64,000 nt of DNA from an uncultured bacterium (GCA_963732385.1 CAVSZB010000006.1:82357-146356), one strand, 5' to 3'; shown: positions 13,237 to 22,485, counted from the first letter of the stretch. The notes: a model not told the origin generated them from the letters alone. A program made the numbers and translations.

Positions 13237-15039
13237 ATGTCGGGCGCTGACCTCGCGGATCGCGGCCCCGGTCCGGCCCCTCCATCCCGCCGCACCAGTC
13301 TCGGCCGGTTGCTGCGCTATCTGAAGCCGCACTGGCGTCGGCAGGTCGTCACGCTGGGCTTCCTGGTCTCCGGAACTGGCGTCTCGCTGCTGGTCCCGCT
13401 GCTGATCAGGCGGATCGTGGACGTGGCGCTGCCCGCGCGGGACGGGGCGCAGCTCCTGCAACTCGTGGGCATGATGGCGGGCATCCATCTGCTGTCCGCC
13501 CTGCTGCTGCTCGCCACCGATTACTACTTCCTGCGCGTGAGCAACGCCATCGTGCTCGATCTGCGACGCGACATGCACGACCACCTGCTGCGTCTGTCGC
13601 TCGATTATTTCGAGGGGAACAAGGCCGGCCAGACGATGGCGCGGATCATGGGCGACGTGGACTCCGTGCAGATGCTGACCACGAACGCCTTCCTGATGCT
13701 GCTCACCGACTGCTTCTCCGTCCTGCTGATGCTGGGATTCATGCTGTACCTGAGCTGGCCCCTGACGCTGGTGAGCCTGGTGACGCTCGCGTTGCTGGTG
13801 TTGATCACGCGGATCTTCAGCCATCGTGTGCTGGCGTCGGCGCGGCTGAACCGCGAGAAGTACGCGGCGATTTCCGAGGACCTGCAGGAGACGATCGCGG
13901 GCGTGAAGGAGATCAAGGTGTTCGCGCGCGAACCGCTGCGCAGCGCGTTCTTCGCCGGGCGCCTGGCGGAATTCGCCCGGGCGAGCATCCGGCTCGGGAT
14001 GTGGGGCTCGGCGTCCCGGCTGCTGAGCGTGCTCGTGATTTCGGTCGGTCCCGTGCTCGTCTATTACTACGGCGGCCGGAGCGTGATCGGTGGCACGGCC
14101 ACCATCGGCCTGCTCGTGGCCTTCGTCATCTACCTCGAGCGGATGTACGAGTCGCTGCATCGCCTCTCGTACCTGAACATCCAGGTCCAGTCGGCGCTGG
14201 GGGCGGTGGAGAGGATCTTCTCGCTGCTGGACGCGCCGCCGACCGTCCTGGATTCGCCGACCGCGACGGACCTGCCCGCTCCGCGGGGCGAGATCGAGCT
14301 GCAGGGAGTGACCTTCCGGTACGTCCCGGACCGGCCGCCCGCCCTGAAGGACGCCAGCCTGCGCGTGTGCGCGGGCGAACGGGTGGCTCTCGTGGGACGC
14401 AGCGGTTCGGGCAAGAGCACGGTGGCCAATCTCGTCTGCCGCTTCCACGACGCGCAGGAGGGGCGCGTCCTGCTGGACGGGCGGGATGTGCGTAACCTGC
14501 GCCTGGCCGATCTGCGCGCGGTGATCGGCATCGTGCCGCAGGAGGCGTTCTTCTTCCATGCCAGCGTCGCCGAGAATCTGCGCTTCGCCCGGCCGGAGGC
14601 GACGCAGGCGGAGCTCGAGGCCGCCACGCGCCAGGCCGACGCCCACGATTTCATTCTCGCCATGCCTGCCGGCTACGACACGATCATCGGCGAGCGCGGC
14701 AGCCGGCTCAGCGGGGGACAGCGCCAGCGTCTCGCCATAGCGCGCGTCCTGCTGCGGGACCCCCGGATCGTGATCCTCGACGAAGCCACCTCCGCACTGG
14801 ACGCCGAGACCGAACGGCAGGTCAGGGTGGCGATGGGGCGCCTCGCGCTCGGCCGTACCACCCTCGTCATCTCGCACCGTCTCTCCACCGTCGCCGACGC
14901 CGACCGGATCCTCGTGCTGGACGATGGCGAGATCGTCGAGGCGGGCGATCATCGCACCCTGATGGCGCAGGGAGGCGTGTACAGGCGGCTCTGCGATCAG
15001 CAGGCGCAGGGGCAAGCCGTCGTCGGCGAAGATTCCTGA
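13237..15039 (+). CDS. ABC exporter, fused permease/ATPase (MsbA-like; no C39 peptidase domain evident)
   Basis: N-terminal TM domain; Walker A GRSGSGKST, LSGGQRQR, ILDEATSALD. Confidence 0.93.
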   Translation: MSGADLADRGPGPAPPSRRTSLGRLLRYLKPHWRRQVVTLGFLVSGTGVSLLVPLLIRRIVDVALPARDGAQLLQLVGMMAGIHLLSALLLLATDYYFLRVSNAIVLDLRRDMHDHLLRLSLDYFEGNKAGQTMARIMGDVDSVQMLTTNAFLMLLTDCFSVLLMLGFMLYLSWPLTLVSLVTLALLVLITRIFSHRVLASARLNREKYAAISEDLQETIAGVKEIKVFAREPLRSAFFAGRLAEFARASIRLGMWGSASRLLSVLVISVGPVLVYYYGGRSVIGGTATIGLLVAFVIYLERMYESLHRLSYLNIQVQSALGAVERIFSLLDAPPTVLDSPTATDLPAPRGEIELQGVTFRYVPDRPPALKDASLRVCAGERVALVGRSGSGKSTVANLVCRFHDAQEGRVLLDGRDVRNLRLADLRAVIGIVPQEAFFFHASVAENLRFARPEATQAELEAATRQADAHDFILAMPAGYDTIIGERGSRLSGGQRQRLAIARVLLRDPRIVILDEATSALDAETERQVRVAMGRLALGRTTLVISHRLSTVADADRILVLDDGEIVEAGDHRTLMAQGGVYRRLCDQQAQGQAVVGEDS

Positions 15040-15057
15040 CGAATGGCGAACCGGCGG

Positions 15058-16092
15058 CTACGTCTTCAGCGCGGTGCGATACAGGCAGAGCGGGACGGCA
15101 GCCCTGATGTCGCCGGTGTAGGCCAGCGCCGAGCCGCGGCAGCCGCCGCGGCAGTTGGGGTAGTTCTCGCAGCGGAGGCAGCGCCCGGCGATCTCGTCGC
15201 GCGCGAAATCAGCCATGACCGGCATGGCGGGGTCGGACCAGAGATCGGCGATGCGCGTCTGGCGGGTGTTGCCGACCAGAAAGTCCGGGTGGACCAGGGC
15301 TGTGCACGGGTAGACGTCGCCGTTGGCCCGCAGATAGAGAGTGCGCGTCCCCGCGCTGCACTTGTGGAAGCCGAAATCCGGTGGCACAGGACCGAACCCG
15401 ACGTCGAAGGAAATCAGGATGGACGGATCTTTTTGAGCCTGCTGGATGAAGGCGAGCAGGTCGGTCGCCTCCTCGGCGATGAGCAGACGCTGTCTGATCT
15501 GTTCCTGCTGGCCGCGGCCGGCCGGCGTGAAGCAGGAGAACCTGATACTGTCCACCCCCTCCCGTTTGCCCAGCGCGATCAGTTCGCCTGCGTCCGCAAG
15601 GTTTTCACGGCCCACCACGGAGGCCATGATCACGCGGGCGCCCTGGCTCTTCGCCGCGCGAATGCCCTGCAGGACAGCCTGGAACTCCGCGTCGCTCGCA
15701 CCGCGGATACGCCGGTTCAACTCCGGCGTGGAGCCGTCGAGGCTGACCTGGATGGTGCGGCAGCCGGCCTGGATCAGGCCTCGCGTCCGTTCGGGATCGA
15801 GCAGCACGCCGTTGGTCGTGATCGTGGAGTGGATCCCCTGCGCCCAGGCGTGCGCCGCCAGTTCCTCCAGGTCGCGCCGCAGGAGCGGCTCGCCGCCTGT
15901 CCAGCTGATCGTCCCGGCCCCCAGAGCGGCCAGGTCGTCGATGAGCCCTCGGCACTCGTCGGTGCCCATCTCGTCGCGCGGACGTTCAGCGGTGGCGCTG
16001 TAGCAGTGGACGCAGCGCAGGTTGCACAGGTTGGTGATTTCCCAGCCGACGATTTCCGGCTTTTGCGAACGGACGGCCTCGGGATCTGACAT
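15058..16092 (-). CDS. Radical SAM/SPASM enzyme (PqqE/MftC/NirJ-like), putative second maturase
   Basis: CNLRCVHC, TGGEPLL; SPASM CSAG..GDVYPC..CLRC..CRGGCR..C. Confidence 0.9.
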   Translation of the reverse strand: MSDPEAVRSQKPEIVGWEITNLCNLRCVHCYSATAERPRDEMGTDECRGLIDDLAALGAGTISWTGGEPLLRRDLEELAAHAWAQGIHSTITTNGVLLDPERTRGLIQAGCRTIQVSLDGSTPELNRRIRGASDAEFQAVLQGIRAAKSQGARVIMASVVGRENLADAGELIALGKREGVDSIRFSCFTPAGRGQQEQIRQRLLIAEEATDLLAFIQQAQKDPSILISFDVGFGPVPPDFGFHKCSAGTRTLYLRANGDVYPCTALVHPDFLVGNTRQTRIADLWSDPAMPVMADFARDEIAGRCLRCENYPNCRGGCRGSALAYTGDIRAAVPLCLYRTALKT

Positions 16093-16128
16093 GTCAGGTT
16101 CCTCGTCTGCGCGGGGTGATGGGCGCGG

Positions 16129-17454
16129 CTATGTCTGTGCGGTCATGGTTGCGCGGTAGGCGAGTTCCAGCATGTCCCCGAGATTGTACTTCCAGGGGGG
16201 GCACACGCCCTGGCTCGCGTCCGGCTGGGCCAGTCCCCGGGCCGGGCAGCCGCCCATGCAGACCGGAGCGTGGGCGCAGGAGCGGCAGCCGCTCAACGCC
16301 AGAGGTTGCCAGGCTTGGTAAGCCTCGCAGTTCGCCTGTTGCGCGGCGCTCAGCGTCTCGGAGAAGACGCTGCCGATCGACCGGTCGGCGTCCAGGGACA
16401 GCTCCTCCCAGCACTTGAACAGGTATCCATTGGGTCCCACGGAATAGTAGCCGTCGGCGATGGCGCCGCACATCCCGCCAGATGCGATTTGGGGACGGTC
16501 GATCTTTTCGATGCCATTGGCCGCGAGTTGCCCGTACAGCCGCACCAGGATGCGGGCGAATTCTGCGTTGTCATGGCAGCGGTCACGGATGTCGGCGCAG
16601 ACCGCCCCGGACGGGAAGATTGGCGCGAAGGTCACCCTGACCTTGTCGAGCACGCCGCGCTCCTGCAGAACGGTCACGGCCGCCGGTGCGCAATCCACGT
16701 TGTCCTTGTCGATGTTGATGCGCACGTCGATGTCCAGGATCCCGGCCGCCGCACAGAGATTGTCGATGATGCGCGCGAACGTTCCCTGCCCGTTGTGCAG
16801 CTTGCGACGCCGGTCATGCATCTCCTGGGAGCCGTCGAGCGTGATCTGGGCGCGCGTGATCCCCAACTCGCGCAGGCGCTGCGCCATGGCGACATCCAGC
16901 AGATATCCGTTCGTGATGATCTGGCCGGGATGCAGGTGCACCTGGTGTTTCTCGGCCAGTTCGAGGAACCGTTGCTGCAGCCTTTCGATCAGGGGGAAGC
17001 AGAGCGTCGGCTCACCGCCGAACCAGCAGAGGCGCAGGCCGTCGGCCCGGTACAGATGGCGATCGGTGAACGCCAGGAGCGCGGTCTGGGTCTCGTCGCT
17101 CATGCGGACGCTGGACCGGGATTCGAAGCAGTAGTCGCAGCCGAAGTTGCAGGCCAGCGTGGGCGCGATCGTCAGCGTGAGGACGGACCCCTCCAGCCTG
17201 TCCGTGCGGGCCCTCATTTCCAGGGCCGTTCGCTGATCGACTGCGTCCGGGATGAGAAAGCCGCCGTCGCGCAGGCACTGGAAATATTCCGCGGCCTGGC
17301 CCGCAAACGTCGCGTTGGGATTCGCCAGCACGTCCTGCACGAGCGGATGATTCTCGCCCTCGATTTCGGCGATGGCTCCCGAATAGGAGTTGTAGCCGAG
17401 CACGATCCGGCCATCGAGGATCGGAAAGAAGAAATTGAAGGGGGACGGTTTCAT
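16129..17454 (-). CDS. Radical SAM/SPASM peptide maturase with N-terminal RRE-like extension
   Basis: About 90-aa N-terminal extension (GYNSYSGAI..LRDGGFLI), CNFGCDYC, WFGGEP; SPASM CGA..GYLFKC..CRSC..CMGGCP..C. Confidence 0.9.
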   Translation of the reverse strand: MKPSPFNFFFPILDGRIVLGYNSYSGAIAEIEGENHPLVQDVLANPNATFAGQAAEYFQCLRDGGFLIPDAVDQRTALEMRARTDRLEGSVLTLTIAPTLACNFGCDYCFESRSSVRMSDETQTALLAFTDRHLYRADGLRLCWFGGEPTLCFPLIERLQQRFLELAEKHQVHLHPGQIITNGYLLDVAMAQRLRELGITRAQITLDGSQEMHDRRRKLHNGQGTFARIIDNLCAAAGILDIDVRINIDKDNVDCAPAAVTVLQERGVLDKVRVTFAPIFPSGAVCADIRDRCHDNAEFARILVRLYGQLAANGIEKIDRPQIASGGMCGAIADGYYSVGPNGYLFKCWEELSLDADRSIGSVFSETLSAAQQANCEAYQAWQPLALSGCRSCAHAPVCMGGCPARGLAQPDASQGVCPPWKYNLGDMLELAYRATMTAQT

Positions 17455-17506
17455 GCTTTCCTCTGCGGAAGTGAAGCCGGCAGGCCGGCCGCAGGCGACA
17501 ACAAAG

Positions 17507-17543
17507 ACCCGTGCGCCAACCGGCACGCGGTCGGCGCACGGGT
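17507..17543 (-). terminator. 16-bp stem-loop between precursor and first maturase (attenuator or mRNA-stabilising hairpin)
   Basis: ACCCGTGCGCCAACCG (17507-22) / CGGTCGGCGCACGGGT (17528-43); the single mismatch is a G-U pair on the - strand. Confidence 0.65.
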
Positions 17544-17563
17544 GAACGGCGGGCTACCGCATC

Positions 17564-17662
17564 CTAACGGTAGGTCCCGCAGAGAATCCGCAGCGGCGAC
17601 TTGTACGTGCAGGGCATCGGCTTGGACACGAGGCCAAAGCCAGGCAGCGAGATGAGCTTCAT
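17564..17662 (-). CDS. Putative RiPP precursor peptide, 32 aa: MKLISLPGFGLVSKPMPCTYKSPLRILCGTYR
   Basis: Translated by hand; AAAAGGAG RBS 8 nt upstream; directly upstream of and co-oriented with two rSAM/SPASM genes; below the ORF-track size cutoff. Confidence 0.75.
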   Translation of the reverse strand: MKLISLPGFGLVSKPMPCTYKSPLRILCGTYR

Positions 17663-17847
17663 TGCATGGTCTCCTTTTCGCGGAAGTGAAATGTTGTGGC
17701 GGACGAACGCGCGGCCTATTGGCAGCCGCCGTCCATCCTGCCCCTGCTGCGCGCGTGCCTTCGTCCCGAGCCGCCAGGATACGGATCATGGGACAAAAAT
17801 AATCAGGAAACGACACACGCGGAGTCCTGATTTCTTCATTAAGTAAT

Positions 17848-17877
17848 ATTGTATTTTCCCTTCCGATTGACTGTCAA
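17848..17877 (-). promoter_or_regulatory. Sigma70-like promoter facing precursor/rSAM operon
   Basis: - strand TTGACA-N18-TACAAT in an AT-rich patch; the -35 lies in the palindrome ATTGAC-T-GTCAAT (17866-17878). Confidence 0.6.
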
Positions 17878-17958
17878 TATCAAAACTTGTCGGTTCATTC
17901 CCGGGGCCTTGCTTCGGATGTGCGCAAGAGCGGCCCCGGCATATCTGGAGGCATCGCC

Positions 17959-18069
17959 ATGACACATCGCTCCGGAACTGTCGGTATCCTGATCCTGGCG
18001 CTGGTCGGCGCGTTGATCGCGCTGGCGGTGCTGACGACGAGTCGAGCGGGGCGGGCCGGAATATGCTAG
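17959..18069 (+). CDS. Small hydrophobic peptide (36 aa, single TM-like)
   Basis: GGAGG RBS at 17947-51; MTHRSGTVGILILALVGALIALAVLTTSRAGRAGIC. Confidence 0.4.
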   Translation: MTHRSGTVGILILALVGALIALAVLTTSRAGRAGIC

Positions 18070-18260
18070 AATCGATGCTCCTCGCACGAGGGCCTGGCCG
18101 GAGCCGGAGGGGCGTCGCCCCGCCCGCGCACCGGAGTCTGGCCCATCAACGCTGACCTGATCCTCGCGCTTTCACCTGCCGGCGTGCGGCGGGGGCTGCC
18201 CGGTCGTGGTCCCGACGGGCGGCCGCTGCCGTGGGCGCCGGCGTCACCAGGGGGATCCCG

Positions 18261-19067
18261 ATGAGACGAACCTGCCGGTTCACCGCCGCCGTCTGGCCGC
18301 TGCTGATCACCATCCTGCTGCTCGCCCCGGGCTGCAGCTCCGATCGTCCGCTCGATCCGGCCGCAGCGCTGCCGGCGGCCGACGGGAGCTCCACGACGTT
18401 GTCGGCGACTCCGGTCGTACCCGTCGATACCCTGACGTTCGTCGAGACCTTCGACAACAAGAGCAACGTGGGGGACTGGTCCTACTTCACGACCCACGAT
18501 GCGACCATCGAGATGGACGGCGGCAATCCGGGCTGGTACCTGCACGATGACTCCGTCGTCTCGTTCGCCCCCCATCCCGGATCCGGTCTGGGCGTGACCT
18601 CGGTCTTTGCCGGGAACTACCGGGAGCAGCGGGTCCTCAGCGTGGGCATCGACCTGCGGAGCTTCGATTACGACCTGAACGTCTCGTCCCGCTATCTCAC
18701 GCTCCTGGTGATGAATGATGGCGGCACGCCCGACGACGCGAGCGATGACCGGGGGGCGTACTTCATCGGTCCCGTCAAGGTTCCGTCGAAGTATGTGGAG
18801 ATGAAGTCCGGCGCCGACAAGAACGCGGCCGGCTGGGTCTCCTACGCATTCGAGATCGCGTCGCAGTCCAACGCGTATCCGGCGGGGTGGACGGCGTTCA
18901 GCTATGCCACCGGGGCCTCGGCCAAGTCGCGCGATTCCTGGCGACAGCTGATGGAGAGCGTTTCCTACATCCAGTTCTGGTACGGCGATCCGACGCAGTA
19001 CTACCTCCTGGACAGCTATGACCTGGGGCTGGACAACCCCCGGATCAGCCGGGAAGTGGCCAGGTAA
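18261..19067 (+). CDS. Hypothetical lipoprotein, beta-rich
   Basis: Signal peptide ending APGC; coding-like codon usage. Confidence 0.7.
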   Translation: MRRTCRFTAAVWPLLITILLLAPGCSSDRPLDPAAALPAADGSSTTLSATPVVPVDTLTFVETFDNKSNVGDWSYFTTHDATIEMDGGNPGWYLHDDSVVSFAPHPGSGLGVTSVFAGNYREQRVLSVGIDLRSFDYDLNVSSRYLTLLVMNDGGTPDDASDDRGAYFIGPVKVPSKYVEMKSGADKNAAGWVSYAFEIASQSNAYPAGWTAFSYATGASAKSRDSWRQLMESVSYIQFWYGDPTQYYLLDSYDLGLDNPRISREVAR

Positions 19068-19147
19068 GCTGATCGACATCGCCCGGCGCGACTTCGCCGA
19101 CCCCGCCGGCGGCTGCTGGCTGACCGCCGCCGCTCTGACCGGCCGCG
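19067..19147 (+). repeat. Direct repeat copy 2: internally deleted yyaL remnant
   Basis: 19067-19133 matches 12294-12360; 19128-19147 matches 12451-12470 (1 mismatch). Confidence 0.88.
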
Positions 19148-19191
19148 GCGGCCCCATCCGGAGCCGCCGCCGTCTCTTTGACCGGCCGGGC

Positions 19192-22100
19192 CTATTGCGG
19201 CCGCTTCACCCGCACCGGGTCTGCCGGCTGCGGCAGGATCTTCACCTCCTGCGTCGGCAGGAGGTCGAGGGCGGCCTTCACGGCGGCCTCGAGCTGCGCG
19301 TCACGGCCGGCGGCCGCGTGCTGCGGGGTCTGTTCCACCTCGAGGTCGGGCGGGATTCCCTGGCCCTCGACCGCCCAGTTCCCGTCGGTGTCGTAGAAGC
19401 CGCCGCGCGGGGCGGTCATGAAGCCGCCGTCGACGAGATCGGGCACATCCCAGATGCCGACGAGACCGCCCCAGGTCCGCGTGCCGACGAGCGGCCCGAG
19501 GCCCAGCTTGCGGAACATGTACGGCAACATGTCGCCGCCGGAGCCGGCCATCTCGTTGATGATCATCACCTTGGGGCCCCAGATGGCGGCATTGGGTGCG
19601 GTGAAGGGCTGCTGCGCGCCCACGGGGTTGCTGAAGAAGCCGAGCAGGCGGCGTCCCATGACGTCCACCATGTAGTCCGCGATCGAGCCGCCGTGGTTGA
19701 AGCGCTCGTCGATGATGGCGCCCTGCTTGTCCTGCTGCGCGAAGTAGTAACGGGTGAAATTCGTGTAGCCGCCCTCGCCGGTGTCGGGCACCCAGACGTA
19801 GGCCAGCCGGCCGCCCGACAGCTCGTCCACCCTGCGGCGGTTGCCCTCGATCCAGGCGCGCTGGCGCAGCGCCGTCTCGCTGGCCACCGGCACCACGGTC
19901 ACCTGGCGGGCGTCCTTGTGTTCGGGCTTCGCGTTGAGCGTGAGGACGGTCTGGCGGTCAGCGGTGCGGTCGAAGAGGCTGTACACGCTCACGGCGGACG
20001 TGAGCTCGACCCCGTTGACGGCCAGCAGGTAGTCGCCCTCGCGCGCGTCGATGCCCGGGCCGCTCAGCGGGGCGCGCAGCTGCGGGTTCCAGTTCTCGCC
20101 GGCGTAGATCCGGCGGAAGCGGAAGCGGCCGTTGGCCACCTCGAAGTCGCAGCCGAGCAGGCCGACCGGCACCTTTTCGACCTCCGGCTCGTCGCCGCCG
20201 CCGGTGAACGAGTGGCCGATGCAGGTCTCGCCGCCCAGGATGTCGAGCAGGTAGGTGAGGTCGGCGCGGTGCCGCACGCTGTCCACCCACGGCGCGTAGG
20301 CGCGCCAGGCCCAGTCCAGGTCGAGGCCGTGGACGTTCTTCACGTAGAAGTAGTCGCGCTGGAAGCGCCACGCCTCGCGGAAAATCTGCTTCCACTCGGC
20401 CGCCGGGTCCACCTTGAGGCGCAGGCCGGCCAGGTTGAGCGCGCCTTCACCCGGCTTCGGCTCGCCGGAGGCGTCGGCGAGGCAGTACTTCTTGCCGTCG
20501 GGGCTGTAGAGCAGCTTCTTGCCGTCGGCCGAGAGCCGGAAGCCCGTCACGCCCTCGATCAGCTGCTTCGCCTCGCGCTTCTTCAGGTCGTAGCGGTGCA
20601 GCGTCAGCCCCTCCTGATTGGGCACCTCCTCCGTATAGAATAAGAATCCCGCCTCGCCCGCCGTCAGATCGGCGAAACGGCGCGCAGGCACGTCGAGGGC
20701 GACGATGCGCTGGTCGAGGCCGTCGAAGTCGATCCTCACCCTGACCGGTTCCGCAGCTTTGGCGTCCTCGCCGTCGTTCCCGTCGCCCTTCCTGTCGTGC
20801 TTCGCCGCGTCCTTCTTTCCGTCCTTCCCGTCCTTCGCCTGGTCGGAGGCCGGTTCCTCATCGTCGCTCTCGGGCTTCAGGGGCGATGGCTCGTCCTTCG
20901 CCAGCACGGCGAGGTAGATCGAGCGGTTCAACGGCTGGTTGAAGGAGCTCATGTCGAGCCAGCCGACGTTCAGGCCGTAGTCGGTGCTGGCCAAAAACGC
21001 CAGGTATTTGCCGGAGGCGTCCCACGCGGGGTGGAGCGCGTCGGAGAGGCCGTCGGTGATGCGCGTGGACCGGCCGCTGTCGAGAGAGTGGACGAAGACC
21101 GCGTTGAACTGGTTGGGCAGGCGGCGGCTGTAGGCGAGCCAGCGCGAATCGGGCGACCAGGCCGGGGCGATGAACCGGTCGGGCGGTGCGAAACCCTCGT
21201 CGTCGATGCGCGTCAGCTTGCCGGTGGCGACCTCCACGAACCACAGCGCGCGGTTGGCGTCGCCGAAGGCGAGGCAGCGTGAATCCGGCGACCAGCGCGG
21301 CGTATAGAAGAATGTCGGGTCGGGGATCGGGATGACCCGCTTCCCGTTGCCGAACTGGTCGGCGATCACCAGCTGGTACTCGCCGCCCGCGTCCGAGAAC
21401 CACGATACCGAGCGGCCATCGGGCGACCACGCGGGGGCGCGGTCGGCCGCCCCGGGATCGGCCGAGAGGTTGCGCGCGTCGCCCTTCTCGGCGGGCACGG
21501 TGAAGATCTCGCCGCGCGCCTCGAACACGGCCCGCTTGCCCGCGGGGGAAAGGGCGAAGTCGGTGATCAGCTTGGCGGCGTCGACCCAGTGCGGCCGTGC
21601 CCAGGGGAAGTCGCCGTGCAGCGTCACCGGCAGCCGGCGCGGTTCTGAGCCTGCGGCGTCGAGCGCGTAGAGCCAGCCGCCGTTCTCGAACACGAGGCGG
21701 CCGGCGCCCGCCGCGAGGCGCTTGCAATCGAACTCCTTGAAGTGCGTTCGCTGCCGCAGCTCCTGCGTGACGGTGTCGTACGACCAGACGTTGTTGGCGA
21801 AGTCACGGTCGCTCAGGAAGAAGACCGTATCGCCGAGCCAGGCGGGCGAAACGTCGTTGCTCCCCTCCCAGGGCAGCTTCGTCACCGCGAGCGACGCGAG
21901 ATCGACGATGCGGATCGGCTGGGCCTGCCCGCCGCGGTAGTTGCGCCATTCCGTCTCCCAGGGGGAGACCATCCGGTAGGCGATGCGGCCGCCGTCGGGC
22001 GCGTAGGCCCCCTCGGAAACGCGCGGGATCGGCAGCGGCTCGGGCAGGCCGCCCCCCTCGAGCGCGACCGTCCACAGCTTCGGCTCCGGCCGGGGCACGC

Positions 22101-22485
22101 AGTCCCGGCCCGAGGCGAAGAGGACGCGCCTGCCGTCCACGGTCCAGCCGCAAACGACGTCGTCGCCGGGGTGCCAGGTCAGCCGTCGCGGCTCGCCGCC
22201 GTCGACACCGATGACGTAGACGTCGGCGTTGCCGTCGTACTCGCCGGTGAACGCGATCAGCCGGCCGTCCGGCGAGAAGCGCGGATCGGTCTCGGCGCCG
22301 GGAAACGTGGTCAGGCGGCGCGCCTCGCCGCCGTCGCGCCCCACGATCCAGATGTCGTCGGCGTGGACGAAGGCGACCTGCGTAGCGCTCACGTCGGGCT
22401 GGCGCAGCAGGCGCGCCTCCCCGGCGGCGGGCGGCGAGCCGGGAACCAGGGCGAACGGCAGCAGGAACAAGAGCGCGCATCTCAT
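19192..22485 (-). CDS. Tricorn-like S41 protease (PD40 propellers, PDZ, catalytic domain)
   Basis: Signal peptide; PxFSPDG/PAWSPD repeats; DERFNHGG, AGSGGD, GTRTWGG. Confidence 0.93.
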   Translation of the reverse strand: MRCALLFLLPFALVPGSPPAAGEARLLRQPDVSATQVAFVHADDIWIVGRDGGEARRLTTFPGAETDPRFSPDGRLIAFTGEYDGNADVYVIGVDGGEPRRLTWHPGDDVVCGWTVDGRRVLFASGRDCVPRPEPKLWTVALEGGGLPEPLPIPRVSEGAYAPDGGRIAYRMVSPWETEWRNYRGGQAQPIRIVDLASLAVTKLPWEGSNDVSPAWLGDTVFFLSDRDFANNVWSYDTVTQELRQRTHFKEFDCKRLAAGAGRLVFENGGWLYALDAAGSEPRRLPVTLHGDFPWARPHWVDAAKLITDFALSPAGKRAVFEARGEIFTVPAEKGDARNLSADPGAADRAPAWSPDGRSVSWFSDAGGEYQLVIADQFGNGKRVIPIPDPTFFYTPRWSPDSRCLAFGDANRALWFVEVATGKLTRIDDEGFAPPDRFIAPAWSPDSRWLAYSRRLPNQFNAVFVHSLDSGRSTRITDGLSDALHPAWDASGKYLAFLASTDYGLNVGWLDMSSFNQPLNRSIYLAVLAKDEPSPLKPESDDEEPASDQAKDGKDGKKDAAKHDRKGDGNDGEDAKAAEPVRVRIDFDGLDQRIVALDVPARRFADLTAGEAGFLFYTEEVPNQEGLTLHRYDLKKREAKQLIEGVTGFRLSADGKKLLYSPDGKKYCLADASGEPKPGEGALNLAGLRLKVDPAAEWKQIFREAWRFQRDYFYVKNVHGLDLDWAWRAYAPWVDSVRHRADLTYLLDILGGETCIGHSFTGGGDEPEVEKVPVGLLGCDFEVANGRFRFRRIYAGENWNPQLRAPLSGPGIDAREGDYLLAVNGVELTSAVSVYSLFDRTADRQTVLTLNAKPEHKDARQVTVVPVASETALRQRAWIEGNRRRVDELSGGRLAYVWVPDTGEGGYTNFTRYYFAQQDKQGAIIDERFNHGGSIADYMVDVMGRRLLGFFSNPVGAQQPFTAPNAAIWGPKVMIINEMAGSGGDMLPYMFRKLGLGPLVGTRTWGGLVGIWDVPDLVDGGFMTAPRGGFYDTDGNWAVEGQGIPPDLEVEQTPQHAAAGRDAQLEAAVKAALDLLPTQEVKILPQPADPVRVKRPQ

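Noticed and set aside
15058..17454. PQQ, mycofactocin or Ahb heme-biosynthesis assignment for the rSAM pair
   Set aside because: No pqqB/C, mftB/D/E or ahbA/B neighbours, and the peptide lacks PqqA ExxxY or MftA IDGxCGVY motifs (CGTYR is only loosely similar); not fully excluded without HMMs
17665..17667. Upstream ATG as precursor start
   Set aside because: Reads ATG CAA TGA (M-Q-stop) and is only 3 nt from the RBS; the ATG at 17662 has normal spacing
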